Source: a virus
Lineage: Duplodnaviria; Heunggongvirae; Uroviricota; Caudoviricetes
IMG/VR virus record: IMGVR_UViG_3300028833_000001
Span: 63,171 to 127,170 of that record
DNA: 64,000 nucleotides
Strand: one strand, 5' to 3'
Every line of letters starts with the position of its first letter. Position 1 is the stretch's first letter. A model generated the notes under the pieces. That model was not told the origin of the DNA. It saw nothing but the letters and a program-made list of their open reading frames with translations, and did no database searches. Of the stretch, positions 18,910 through 28,199 are shown one piece after another. The translations under genes and the position numbers were made by a program.

Positions 18910-20220
18910 TTGGATATGACAAGAGATAAATTTAATGAGATAGCAAACAGACTGGCTGATATCCTTAACGGTACCAAGTTTGACGGTGTTACATACATTG
19001 TCGGAGGCGCTGTTAGGGATTATGTTATGTATAATGATATCAAAGATATTGACATTGTTGTAGAACTTGAAAACGGAGGTATAGATTTGGCAACATGGCT
19101 TGACAAAAACGGATATCTAAGCCAAAAAGTTGTAACTTATCCTACATTTGGAACCGCAATGTTCAAACTTAAAGAATTTCCAGAATATGAATTGGAAGCC
19201 GTTTATACTCGTGGAGAAAAATATACCCAGGGCTCAAGAAATCCAGAAACTTGCTTTGCATCCATTAAGGATGACGCTTTCAGACGTGACCTTACTATTA
19301 ACGCACTCTATTATAATATTAAGACTGGTGAAATTGAAGACATAACTGGAAAAGGACTTGATGATATCAAAAACCATATAATCAGAGTGACAAACGACAA
19401 CCCAGATATCGTTTTCTCAGATGACCCTTTAAGAATCCTTCGTGTAATCAGATTCGCATCACGATATGGTTGGGAAATTGAAGACTCAACGTATGAGTCT
19501 ATGGTCAAAAACGCAAATGACTTGGCAATTATTTCGCAAGAAAGAATTACTGCTGAGTTTAACAAAATGATTATGTGCGACAACCCAACATATGCAATGG
19601 AGCTTATTAATAAAACTATTGATAATTTGGATTTGGTTTGCGGCTTCGGAGAAGTCCTTAGGTCCAATATAATGTCAAATTATTATTTTTTATATTATTC
19701 TCCTGTTGATTTATGCACTAGAATTGCAATTCTACTTATTGGCAATAATACAGAAACGGTTAATAATATCCTAAGACACATGAAGTATCCGAACACAATA
19801 ATTTCGGAAATCGAAAAAATCGGCCAGACAAACCATTTACATGAATTGGCAAATTCTGACTTGTCTTCAAGGGAAAAAATCTATTATACAATAGCAAAAG
19901 AACAGTATAGATGCGGAAACGATGAAAGTTATAATAGACTTCTTGCTGTGTTTGAACACTTTTGTGAAAGATTTTATAATAACACAGAAGCGCCGTATAA
20001 ATTAGGTAAATATTCACAATACATATCAATGTACGAATATAAACTGCCAATCAATGGTTATGATATAATGCAAATCCTTGATTGTGGGCCTTCTAATTAC
20101 GTGTCAACCGCTAAATTCATGCTGCTTGACTATGCGTTCCATTATCCAAATTGCAGCGCTTATGACTGCATCAATTACCTTACTGAAAATAAGGAAAATA
20201 TTATGAAAATGAAGTTTTAA
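18910..20220 (+). CDS. cca: class II tRNA nucleotidyltransferase (CCA-adding enzyme)
   Basis: VGGAVRD..DIDIV, TFGTA, DAFRRDLTINAL, DDPLRILRVIRFASR, ISQERI. Confidence 0.85.
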   Translation: MDMTRDKFNEIANRLADILNGTKFDGVTYIVGGAVRDYVMYNDIKDIDIVVELENGGIDLATWLDKNGYLSQKVVTYPTFGTAMFKLKEFPEYELEAVYTRGEKYTQGSRNPETCFASIKDDAFRRDLTINALYYNIKTGEIEDITGKGLDDIKNHIIRVTNDNPDIVFSDDPLRILRVIRFASRYGWEIEDSTYESMVKNANDLAIISQERITAEFNKMIMCDNPTYAMELINKTIDNLDLVCGFGEVLRSNIMSNYYFLYYSPVDLCTRIAILLIGNNTETVNNILRHMKYPNTIISEIEKIGQTNHLHELANSDLSSREKIYYTIAKEQYRCGNDESYNRLLAVFEHFCERFYNNTEAPYKLGKYSQYISMYEYKLPINGYDIMQILDCGPSNYVSTAKFMLLDYAFHYPNCSAYDCINYLTENKENIMKMKF

Positions 20221-20501
20221 TTTGACCAAACTAAATTTCCGTTTACAATTTTTAATACCTTTCCATTATCTGTAGACGGATTAAAAGAAGGTATTTGTAC
20301 ACCTAAAGTTGGCTTGTGCTTTATAAATGCTGGAGAACCACTATCTGTTTCAGTCCAGTCTGCTTGTATATTCTCATCTATAAATGTAATGTCAGTACCA
20401 CTTATAAACCCACTCTGATAAGCGGCTTGATAATCTGCAAGCGTATCGAAATGATTGATAATTAATTCTTGTAATTCTGAATCATTATAGTTAAGAGGCA
20501 T
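20217..20501 (-). CDS. small fibre-motif protein
   Basis: QADWTETDSGSPAFIKHKPT resembles the QSDWN..ILNKPT fibre motif of 26385..28166. Confidence 0.55.
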   Translation of the reverse strand: MPLNYNDSELQELIINHFDTLADYQAAYQSGFISGTDITFIDENIQADWTETDSGSPAFIKHKPTLGVQIPSFNPSTDNGKVLKIVNGNLVWSN

Positions 20502-20627
20502 ATTTAAAATATATTTTTTACTTTTATGTTATTTATTAGGCCAATACAATTGGTTTAAAATATGTTGTACATTTTATACAAACATATATTAAATAATTAG
20601 TTTTAAAAAACACATTGTCTAATATTA

Positions 20628-21257
20628 TTACATATTGAATTCTGGCATTTCTGGGTATCCAGAAGTCACATCAAATGATATTATATCATCAATGTCATCC
20701 ATTGACTGAACGGTAACAATGTGCTGTGACGTAACGTTGTAACAATCTGTAGCATACATTTCCAAAACGGACAACATCATCCTCGCGTCGGCCAACGGAA
20801 GAGTTATATAAACACTACCGAACCATATATCAAGCTCAGTTCTTCCTACCAGTGCAGCCGATTCTATAGTGTTCCTTAAACTGGCCCTTGTTTCCCTGTC
20901 AAGCCACATAAGATTACCGTTTAACCTGAAGCCATTAACGTTGGTTGAATTATCATATGCCCTTATGTCTCTTAGTTTTGAAGCTCTTGCCGTCTCAAGC
21001 GGATTTTCTACATGCTCGTTGCTATTGTTTTCACCACTATCAGGCTCGACAAATGGCTCATCTCCTGGTTCGATGATTGGTTCGTCTGGCTCTTGTATAA
21101 CTGGAAATTGCTCGACTGGAAGCTCGTTGTAGTTATCAGGCGAATCATATATTCCAAGAATAATTTCAAAACCATAAAGAGTCATGTCTTTATTCGCAAG
21201 AAATTTACCGTCATCGGCTTTTATAATAACATACCCGTTTTTGTTTTCTGTTGTCAT
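20628..21257 (-). CDS. DUF4376-family tail-associated protein
   Basis: KLRDIRAYD...NGFRLNG..MWLDRETR...LEMYA..CYNVT..H...GYP. Confidence 0.75.
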   Translation of the reverse strand: MTTENKNGYVIIKADDGKFLANKDMTLYGFEIILGIYDSPDNYNELPVEQFPVIQEPDEPIIEPGDEPFVEPDSGENNSNEHVENPLETARASKLRDIRAYDNSTNVNGFRLNGNLMWLDRETRASLRNTIESAALVGRTELDIWFGSVYITLPLADARMMLSVLEMYATDCYNVTSQHIVTVQSMDDIDDIISFDVTSGYPEMPEFNM

Positions 21258-21301
21258 ATTTGAATATAATTTATTATTTTTATATTTATATATATTTTTT
21301 T

Positions 21302-24300
21302 TTAAAAATTAACTAGTCGCCATCCAGCAGGAACGGCAGAGGTTCCACTTGTAATACTCAACGAACTTGGTTTATAAAAAGTACCGTTGCTGGACACATT
21401 TGAAACCCAATTGTTAGCATAACTAGTATTCCATGTTTTGGCAAAGACTTTTATGTAATTAAGTGTTGAACAACTAGAGAACATGTAATAATAACAATTT
21501 CTTGTAAGCGCTGTTGCTGGAAGTTCTGGTGCTGTTGTGAGGCCTCTACAGTCTCCGAACATATATTGATAACAATTATCAGCAAGCTTTGTTGCTGGAA
21601 GTTCTGGTGCCGTTGTTAGACTTGTACAACCTTGGAACATAGAATAATAACAGCTACTTGCAAGTGTTGTTGCTGGAAGTTCTGGAGGTGGTGTTACGAG
21701 ACTTGTACAACCTTGGAACATAGAATAATAACAGCTACTTGCAAGTGTTGTTGCTGGAAGTTCTGGTGCGGTTGTCAGACTTGTACAGTTAGAGAACATA
21801 TATCGATAACAAAAATAAGCAAGCGTTGTTGCTGGAAGTTCTGGAGCGGTTGTCAGACTTGTACAGTTAGAGAACATATATCGATAACAATAATCCGCAA
21901 GCGTTGTTGCTGGAAGTTCTGGTGCCGTTGTGAGACTTGAACAACCTTGGAACATATAAGTATAACAATAATTTGCAAGCGTTGTTGCTGGAAGTTCTGG
22001 GGCCGTTGTGAGACTTGTGCAGTTATAGAACATATAACCATAACAACCACTTGCTAGCGTTGTTGCTGGAAGTTCTGGTGCCGTTGTTAGACTTGTACAG
22101 TTATAGAACATGGTACTATAACAATCAATTTTAAGTGTTGTTGCTGGAAGTTCTGGAGCGGTTGTAAGACTCGTACAGTTAGAGAACATACTTTGATAAC
22201 AATAATTCGCAAGCGTTGTTGCTGGAAGTTCTGGAGCCGTTATTAGATTTGTACAATTGTCGAACATATGAGCATAACAATAAATTGCAAGCGTTGTTGC
22301 TGGAAGCTCTGGGGTTGTTATTAGATGTGAACAACCTTGGAACATATATTGATAACAATTGTTTACAAGTGTTGTTGCTGGAAGTTCTGGAGCCGTTATT
22401 AGACTTGTACAGTTATAGAACAACCTATAAAAACCATAATCTTTTCCAGACAGGCTTTTAAGCTGCCCAGTTTTATCAAGTAGGTACATAATATTCCCCT
22501 GACAATAAGTGTTACCAGTAAAAGAAAAATTAGAATAAGCAGAAGTACTTGATTCAAATTTGTCATTATTCCCCCTAATATAGACAGTCTCGCCAGATTG
22601 AAGGGTTATTGTGTCAAAAACACCGTTAGAATTTCTATTCCATGGTGTCCAATTGATTTTATCGGTTGATGTCTCCAAAGTTATTGTCAATGCAGTCGGG
22701 GTTGACAACTTAATCTGTGATGTTGTATTTCCAGCTTGAAACGAAAATTTGTCACTATAGTTAATCACCGACCATCCAATTGGGACTCCATCACTGCTGT
22801 TCAACGGTATTGTTGTGTCTTCATTTTTGACAAATGTACCAGCGGAAGCGACATTATAAACCCAATTACCAGCATAACTTGCAGTCCAACCAGTAGCCAA
22901 GGTCTTTATGTAGTTAATACTTCTACAATTTTGGAACATATATCGATAACAATAACTTGCAAGTGTTGTTGCTGGAAGTTCTGGTGCCGTTGTGAGACTT
23001 GTACAATTTTGGAACATATAAGCATAACAATTATCAGCAAGTGTTGTTGCTGGAAGTTCTGGAGCCGTTGTGAGACTTGAACAACCTTGGAACATATAAC
23101 CATAACAATAATTTGCAAGTGTTGTTGCTGGAAGTTCTGGTGCCGTTGTGAGACTTGTGCAGTTATAGAACATAGAATTATAACAATTGTATGTAAGCGT
23201 TGTTGCTGGAAGTTCTGGTGCCGTTGTGAGACTTGTACAGTTAGAGAACATAGATTGATAACAATTGTTTACAAGTGTTGTTGCTGGAAGTTCTGGAGCC
23301 GTTGTGAGATTTATACAACTTAGGAACATACTTTGATAACAATAAATTGCAAGCGTTGTTGCTGGAAGTTCTGGAGCAGTTGTCAGACTTGTACAGTAAG
23401 AGAACATAGATAGATAACAATTGTTTACAAGTGTTGTTGCTGGAAGTTCTGGTGCCGTTGTGAGACTTGTACAATTTTGGAACATATAACCATAACAATA
23501 AATTGCAAGCGTTGTTGCTGGAAGTTCTGGTGCGGTTGTCAGACTTGTGCAGTTATAGAACAAACGATAAAAAGAATAAGATTTTATATTTGTTAATGAG
23601 TCTGGCCATAATAATGACATGCAATTGCCCGTCGCAGATATTTTACCGTTCATTACAAAAGATGAATAATTGTTGGTACTTTTAGAAATGCCATTTGGGT
23701 TTTCTCCGACCATATAAATGGTACTTCCAACATTTGCTAGTGTTTTGGTTGAATAGTCCCATTGGGTAAACGTTGCCTTATTGTCAGTTGAAATATAAAT
23801 AATAGGTTTTGTTGTTCCAGTATTAGTACCGTAATGATTCATTCCAATTGTCGAATTTGACTCTTGCGCGGTAAAACTTAAAATATTAGGTATATCAGAA
23901 ATCTTTCTGCATGATATTGTACAATTGTTAGTTATATCGTCATAAGTTAATGTTGCATTTGGCCCAATTTTTTTATATTTTCCATTAATTGAGATATAAT
24001 AGTTAGAATTTGAGGTTGCTATAGTAATTCCTTCTGGATGTGTCAATGTTACTTGCGTAATTTGACCATTAGATATAGAATAATTATTACCATTAATAGA
24101 ATATGAAAACGGGTATTCATTACCTCCGCTGGCTGATAATGTAATAGTTTTTGACATTGTTTCAGTACTCCATCCAACAGGAACACCATGTGGGCTTGAA
24201 GTTGGAATATCAGTTAGATTTGACGGTTTATACAATGTGCCAGCACTAGCTACGTTTAGCAGCCAATTATTAAAATATGACGTGGTCCACGATGATACAT

Positions 24301-25087
24301 TTGGTGCCCAAGCCATGTTTAATTTCAAACATCCATTATACATGTATGAACAGCAATTTGAGGCAAGTATGGTTGCGGCTTGTAAATCACTACCACTAGT
24401 TAGACTTTTACAGCTATCGAACATGTAATAATAACAATAACTTGCAAGTGTTGTTGCTGGAAGCCCTGGTACTGTTGTGAGACTTGTACAATCTTTAAAC
24501 ATATAAGCATAACAATAATTTGCAAGCGTTGTTGCTGGAAGTTCTGGGGCCGTTATTAGACTTGTACAACCTTGGAACATAGAATAATAACAGCTACTTG
24601 CAAGTGTTGTTGCTGGAAGTTCTGGAGCAGTTGTCAGACTTGTACAGTTATAGAATAACCTATAAAAACAATAAGTGGCCGTTATTGTGTTAACAAGTAT
24701 GTTTTTATTTATTAATGAATTTATATTTCCACCGCAAGCGATTTTTTTAACGCCAAAATGAAAATTCATGTATGACGAAACATCACCAACCCAAGTATTT
24801 ATATTTGTGGCTCTTATGAATACATAATCTCCACGTTTTAATAATGTTATTTTATTAAAATAATGATAAATACCAATAACAGTTTTTTCCCAATCAATCC
24901 AATTATTTCCGTCTTGTGAAATTTCAAGAGACATATTAAAACTTAATGGGGATTTAAGAGAAACAGTCGCACCATCTTCTACAGCCTGAAAATACATATA
25001 ATTTTTATCCGACTTAGGCGGTTTTAAACTAGCAATGGTTGGTATTAATGTTTCAACACCATAATTTTTGTTTTTACTATATAACAT
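21302..25087 (-). CDS. BspA/DUF285-like leucine-rich-repeat protein, three beta-domain plus LRR modules
   Basis: about 24 copies of 26-aa xxMFxxCTSLTTAPELPATTLAxxCY in three blocks, each capped by a YIK..W..N motif (first block divergent). Confidence 0.85.
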   Translation of the reverse strand: MLYSKNKNYGVETLIPTIASLKPPKSDKNYMYFQAVEDGATVSLKSPLSFNMSLEISQDGNNWIDWEKTVIGIYHYFNKITLLKRGDYVFIRATNINTWVGDVSSYMNFHFGVKKIACGGNINSLINKNILVNTITATYCFYRLFYNCTSLTTAPELPATTLASSCYYSMFQGCTSLITAPELPATTLANYCYAYMFKDCTSLTTVPGLPATTLASYCYYYMFDSCKSLTSGSDLQAATILASNCCSYMYNGCLKLNMAWAPNVSSWTTSYFNNWLLNVASAGTLYKPSNLTDIPTSSPHGVPVGWSTETMSKTITLSASGGNEYPFSYSINGNNYSISNGQITQVTLTHPEGITIATSNSNYYISINGKYKKIGPNATLTYDDITNNCTISCRKISDIPNILSFTAQESNSTIGMNHYGTNTGTTKPIIYISTDNKATFTQWDYSTKTLANVGSTIYMVGENPNGISKSTNNYSSFVMNGKISATGNCMSLLWPDSLTNIKSYSFYRLFYNCTSLTTAPELPATTLAIYCYGYMFQNCTSLTTAPELPATTLVNNCYLSMFSYCTSLTTAPELPATTLAIYCYQSMFLSCINLTTAPELPATTLVNNCYQSMFSNCTSLTTAPELPATTLTYNCYNSMFYNCTSLTTAPELPATTLANYCYGYMFQGCSSLTTAPELPATTLADNCYAYMFQNCTSLTTAPELPATTLASYCYRYMFQNCRSINYIKTLATGWTASYAGNWVYNVASAGTFVKNEDTTIPLNSSDGVPIGWSVINYSDKFSFQAGNTTSQIKLSTPTALTITLETSTDKINWTPWNRNSNGVFDTITLQSGETVYIRGNNDKFESSTSAYSNFSFTGNTYCQGNIMYLLDKTGQLKSLSGKDYGFYRLFYNCTSLITAPELPATTLVNNCYQYMFQGCSHLITTPELPATTLAIYCYAHMFDNCTNLITAPELPATTLANYCYQSMFSNCTSLTTAPELPATTLKIDCYSTMFYNCTSLTTAPELPATTLASGCYGYMFYNCTSLTTAPELPATTLANYCYTYMFQGCSSLTTAPELPATTLADYCYRYMFSNCTSLTTAPELPATTLAYFCYRYMFSNCTSLTTAPELPATTLASSCYYSMFQGCTSLVTPPPELPATTLASSCYYSMFQGCTSLTTAPELPATKLADNCYQYMFGDCRGLTTAPELPATALTRNCYYYMFSSCSTLNYIKVFAKTWNTSYANNWVSNVSSNGTFYKPSSLSITSGTSAVPAGWRLVNF

Positions 25088-25935
25088 ATATACTTATTTG
25101 GCTACTTGAATTATTTTTTTTTTTAAAAACTAACCAGCTCCCATCCATTAGGTACGGCAGATGTTCCAGTTGTAATACTCAACGAACTTGGCTTATAAAA
25201 AGTACCTACAGCAGACACGCCGTAAACCCACGAATTAGCATAACTAGAATTCCAATTTCCTGTGGCATAAATTTTTATGTAGTTAAGACTGGAACAGTTA
25301 TAGAACATATAATAATAACAATTAGTTGCTAGCGTTGTTGCTGGAAGTTCTGGTGCCGTTGTTAGACTTGTACAACCTTGGAACATATAATAATAACAAT
25401 TAGTTGCTAGCGTTGTTGCTGGAAGCTCTGGAGGTGCTGTTGTGAGACTTGTACAGTCATAGAACATAAAATTATAACAATCAACTGCAAGAGTCATTGC
25501 TGGAAGTTCTGGGGCCGTTGTGAGATTTATACAACTTAGGAACATATTTTGATAACAATTATCAGCAAGTGTTGTTGCTGGAAGTTCTGGAGCAGTTGTC
25601 AGACTTGTACAGTAAGAGAACATACTACTATAACAACCATAAGCAAGCGTTGTTGCTGGAAGTTCTGGTGCCGTTGTGAGACTTGTACAGTTATAGAACA
25701 TAGATTGATAACAACCATCAGCAAGTGTTGTTGCTGGAAGTTCTGGAGCCGTTGTGAGACTTGAACAACCTTGGAACATATAAGTATAACAATAATTTGC
25801 AAGTGTTGTTGCTGGAAGTTCTGGAGCGGTTGTCAGACTTGTACAGTGAGAGAACATATTTTGATAACAATTGTTTACAAGTGTTGTTGCTGGAAGTTCT
25901 GGGGCCGTTGTGAGACTTGTACAGTTATAGAACAT
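21500..25935 (-). repeat. 78-bp coding tandem repeats (about 32 copies in four blocks)
   Basis: gttgttgctggaagttctgg recurs at 78-nt spacing, e.g. 23121 and 23199. Confidence 0.95.
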
Positions 25936-26367
25936 ACTTGCACAGGCTAAATTAACAGAAGTCTTATTAGTTGGGTCGTTATACATTAATGACATTATGC
26001 TACCTCCAGCCTTAACTTTTCCTTGTGAAATATTAAAGGATAACGAGGAATTGGTACTGTATGACCAATTATTTTGGCTTTTAGCCCTTATAAGTACATA
26101 ATCCCCGTACGTCTTCAATGTAATTGTGTCAAACACTTTCAAACTATTTGCCGTAGTTGAGTTCCAATCACTCCATGTCTGGCAATCAAATGAAATTTCA
26201 AAAGAAACGGTTCCACCTGTTGGCGCAGACAACAAGATTGTTGCATTGTGTTCTACGGCTTGGAAATACAGATAGTTTTTTTCTGCATTCGGTGGTATAA
26301 CATCTCTTTTAAGCGCCACCATTTTGCATATTTTCCCATTAAAAGCTATTGCCATAATACTAAACAA
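25123..26367 (-). CDS. BspA/DUF285-like LRR protein, single module
   Basis: 8 repeats of the same 26-aa unit; KNYLYFQAVE N-domain shared with 21302..25087. Confidence 0.85.
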   Translation of the reverse strand: MFSIMAIAFNGKICKMVALKRDVIPPNAEKNYLYFQAVEHNATILLSAPTGGTVSFEISFDCQTWSDWNSTTANSLKVFDTITLKTYGDYVLIRAKSQNNWSYSTNSSLSFNISQGKVKAGGSIMSLMYNDPTNKTSVNLACASMFYNCTSLTTAPELPATTLVNNCYQNMFSHCTSLTTAPELPATTLANYCYTYMFQGCSSLTTAPELPATTLADGCYQSMFYNCTSLTTAPELPATTLAYGCYSSMFSYCTSLTTAPELPATTLADNCYQNMFLSCINLTTAPELPAMTLAVDCYNFMFYDCTSLTTAPPELPATTLATNCYYYMFQGCTSLTTAPELPATTLATNCYYYMFYNCSSLNYIKIYATGNWNSSYANSWVYGVSAVGTFYKPSSLSITTGTSAVPNGWELVSF

Positions 26368-26384
26368 TTAAATTTGATGAGTTA

Positions 26385-28166
26385 TTAGTTAGACCAGTTT
26401 CTCATTATTATTTTAGTTCCTACATTTGAATTAGTAACACCTATTGTTATTTTATCGTTGGTTGTATCTGGGGTTAAAGTGATATTATCACCAGCCACTA
26501 ATTCTATCGTATCTGTTTTACTGTCGGCGGCAATTGTAGAACTGCCTATTTTAACATTTGAAAATGCTTTTTGATTTACTTCGGCTCTAGACGCAATGCC
26601 ATTAAGTTTCGTGACCATAGCAGAAGACATATAACCGCTTGCCGCAGTGGTTGCTATTGTTGCGGTTAAATTACCTAACTTAGTTTGCTCGGCAGCTGTA
26701 TAGTCTTTAGTAGACAAACCTTTTCCATTCACCTTGTCAACTTTATTACTTAATGCAGTGACAACATTAGCACTTGTTATAATAGTCGGCTTGTTTAATA
26801 TAAGCGCATCTCCGCTTGTGGCGTTCCAGTCCGACTGTACATTAACTTCAGCTCCAGCCGCAATTCCAGCTAATTTGTTTTTATCGTCTGTTGTGTAGTC
26901 GTTAGTTGACAAATCTTTTCCATTCACCTTGTCAACTTTATTACTTAATGCAGTAACGACATTTCCAGAAATTATATACTTATTTGTGTCTAATGACCAT
27001 GTGTTTGCAGCTGTTTTCTTTAACAATCCGCTTGTACCAGTTAAATCCTCTATTGCTTTCAAGTCATCAGCTCCAGTTATAGTACTTAAAGCCTGATTAT
27101 GAGAAGCAGTAGCATACGTACCAGAAGATGTATATGCAGCAGAACCAAGGCCAGCAACACTAACATTTTGTCCAGCTATCTTTACTTGTCCGTTTGCATC
27201 ACCAGTTGCAACTTCAATTTTGTGTTGGTGGTCTTCTCTTGCGTATTTTACGCTTGTACCAACGGCCGATGTTGACGCAACATTCTTTGGGCTTGCTGTT
27301 CCAGCTGTATATGTCGTATTTGTCGCAGCGATTGTTATACCGTCATTACTAGAGTTTGGGGTAAGTGTAATGTTATCTCCAGCAGTAATAGTTAAAGTAT
27401 CCGCGCTTGAATCTGCAACAATATTTGTGCTGCCAACAGTTATGGTTTTAAACGCAACATCTGGTTTTTTGTTAAGGGCTGTAACTACGTTAGCGGATGT
27501 TGCATAGTTTGTCATTGCAGTTACGCCGCTTGTAATGAAACCAGAATCGTTAGTGAACTGGCTTAACTTTGTAGGTTTGTTTAATATAAGGGCGTCTCCG
27601 CTTGTAGCATTCCAGTCAGACTGCACATTAACTTCAGCGCCAGCAGCGATTCCGTTAAGTTTTGTCACCATAGCAGAAGACATATAACCACTTGCACCAG
27701 TAGTTGCTATTGTTGCGGTTAAATTACCTAACTTAGTTTTCTCGGCTGCTGTATAGTCGTTAGTCGATAGGCCTTTGCCTGTCACCTTGTCAACCTTGTT
27801 GCTTAATGCAGTAACGACATTAGCGCTTGTTACAATAGTTGGTTTGTTTAATATCAGTGCATCCCCACTTGTAGCATTCCAGTCCGACTGTACATTAACT
27901 TCAGCTCCAGCCGCAATTCCAGCCAATTTGTTTTTCTCGTCTGTTGTGTAGTCGTTAGTTGACAAACCTTTTCCATTCACCTTGTCAACCTTGTTGCTCA
28001 ACGAATTAACAACATTAGCGCTAGTTGCATAATTGCTCATGTTAGTTGTCGCGCTTGTTAAATACTTAGCAATCAAAGGCACTCCGCCTTCTATAAATTC
28101 TGAAGCCTGAACGTCTCCAATACAATTTGTCTGTCCTAAAACCAGTAAATCTTTAACTATTGCCAT
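26385..28166 (-). CDS. tail-fibre-like protein with internal repeats
   Basis: repeated KVDKVNGKGLSTNDYT...AGAEVNVQSDWNATSGDALILNKPT. Confidence 0.75.
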   Translation of the reverse strand: MAIVKDLLVLGQTNCIGDVQASEFIEGGVPLIAKYLTSATTNMSNYATSANVVNSLSNKVDKVNGKGLSTNDYTTDEKNKLAGIAAGAEVNVQSDWNATSGDALILNKPTIVTSANVVTALSNKVDKVTGKGLSTNDYTAAEKTKLGNLTATIATTGASGYMSSAMVTKLNGIAAGAEVNVQSDWNATSGDALILNKPTKLSQFTNDSGFITSGVTAMTNYATSANVVTALNKKPDVAFKTITVGSTNIVADSSADTLTITAGDNITLTPNSSNDGITIAATNTTYTAGTASPKNVASTSAVGTSVKYAREDHQHKIEVATGDANGQVKIAGQNVSVAGLGSAAYTSSGTYATASHNQALSTITGADDLKAIEDLTGTSGLLKKTAANTWSLDTNKYIISGNVVTALSNKVDKVNGKDLSTNDYTTDDKNKLAGIAAGAEVNVQSDWNATSGDALILNKPTIITSANVVTALSNKVDKVNGKGLSTKDYTAAEQTKLGNLTATIATTAASGYMSSAMVTKLNGIASRAEVNQKAFSNVKIGSSTIAADSKTDTIELVAGDNITLTPDTTNDKITIGVTNSNVGTKIIMRNWSN

Positions 28167-28199
28167 ATTATATTTTTTATGCTATATTTCATTATTTTC

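Noticed and set aside
21632-25802. Antisense and alternative-frame ORFs over the LRR genes (CKCCCWKFW..., LLLEVL...)
   Set aside because: These are shadow frames of the repeat, not independent genes.
21500-25935. 78-bp periodic repeats as a CRISPR array
   Set aside because: The repeats are in-frame coding units with the variable bases interleaved in a conserved scaffold, and no cas genes are present.
21302-26367. DGR-type adenine mutagenesis of the LRR repeats, since many variable codons are NNT/NNC
   Set aside because: There is no reverse transcriptase or non-coding template repeat in the window, and NNT bias is expected in AT-rich DNA. A genome-wide RT and TR search would be needed to exclude a remote DGR.
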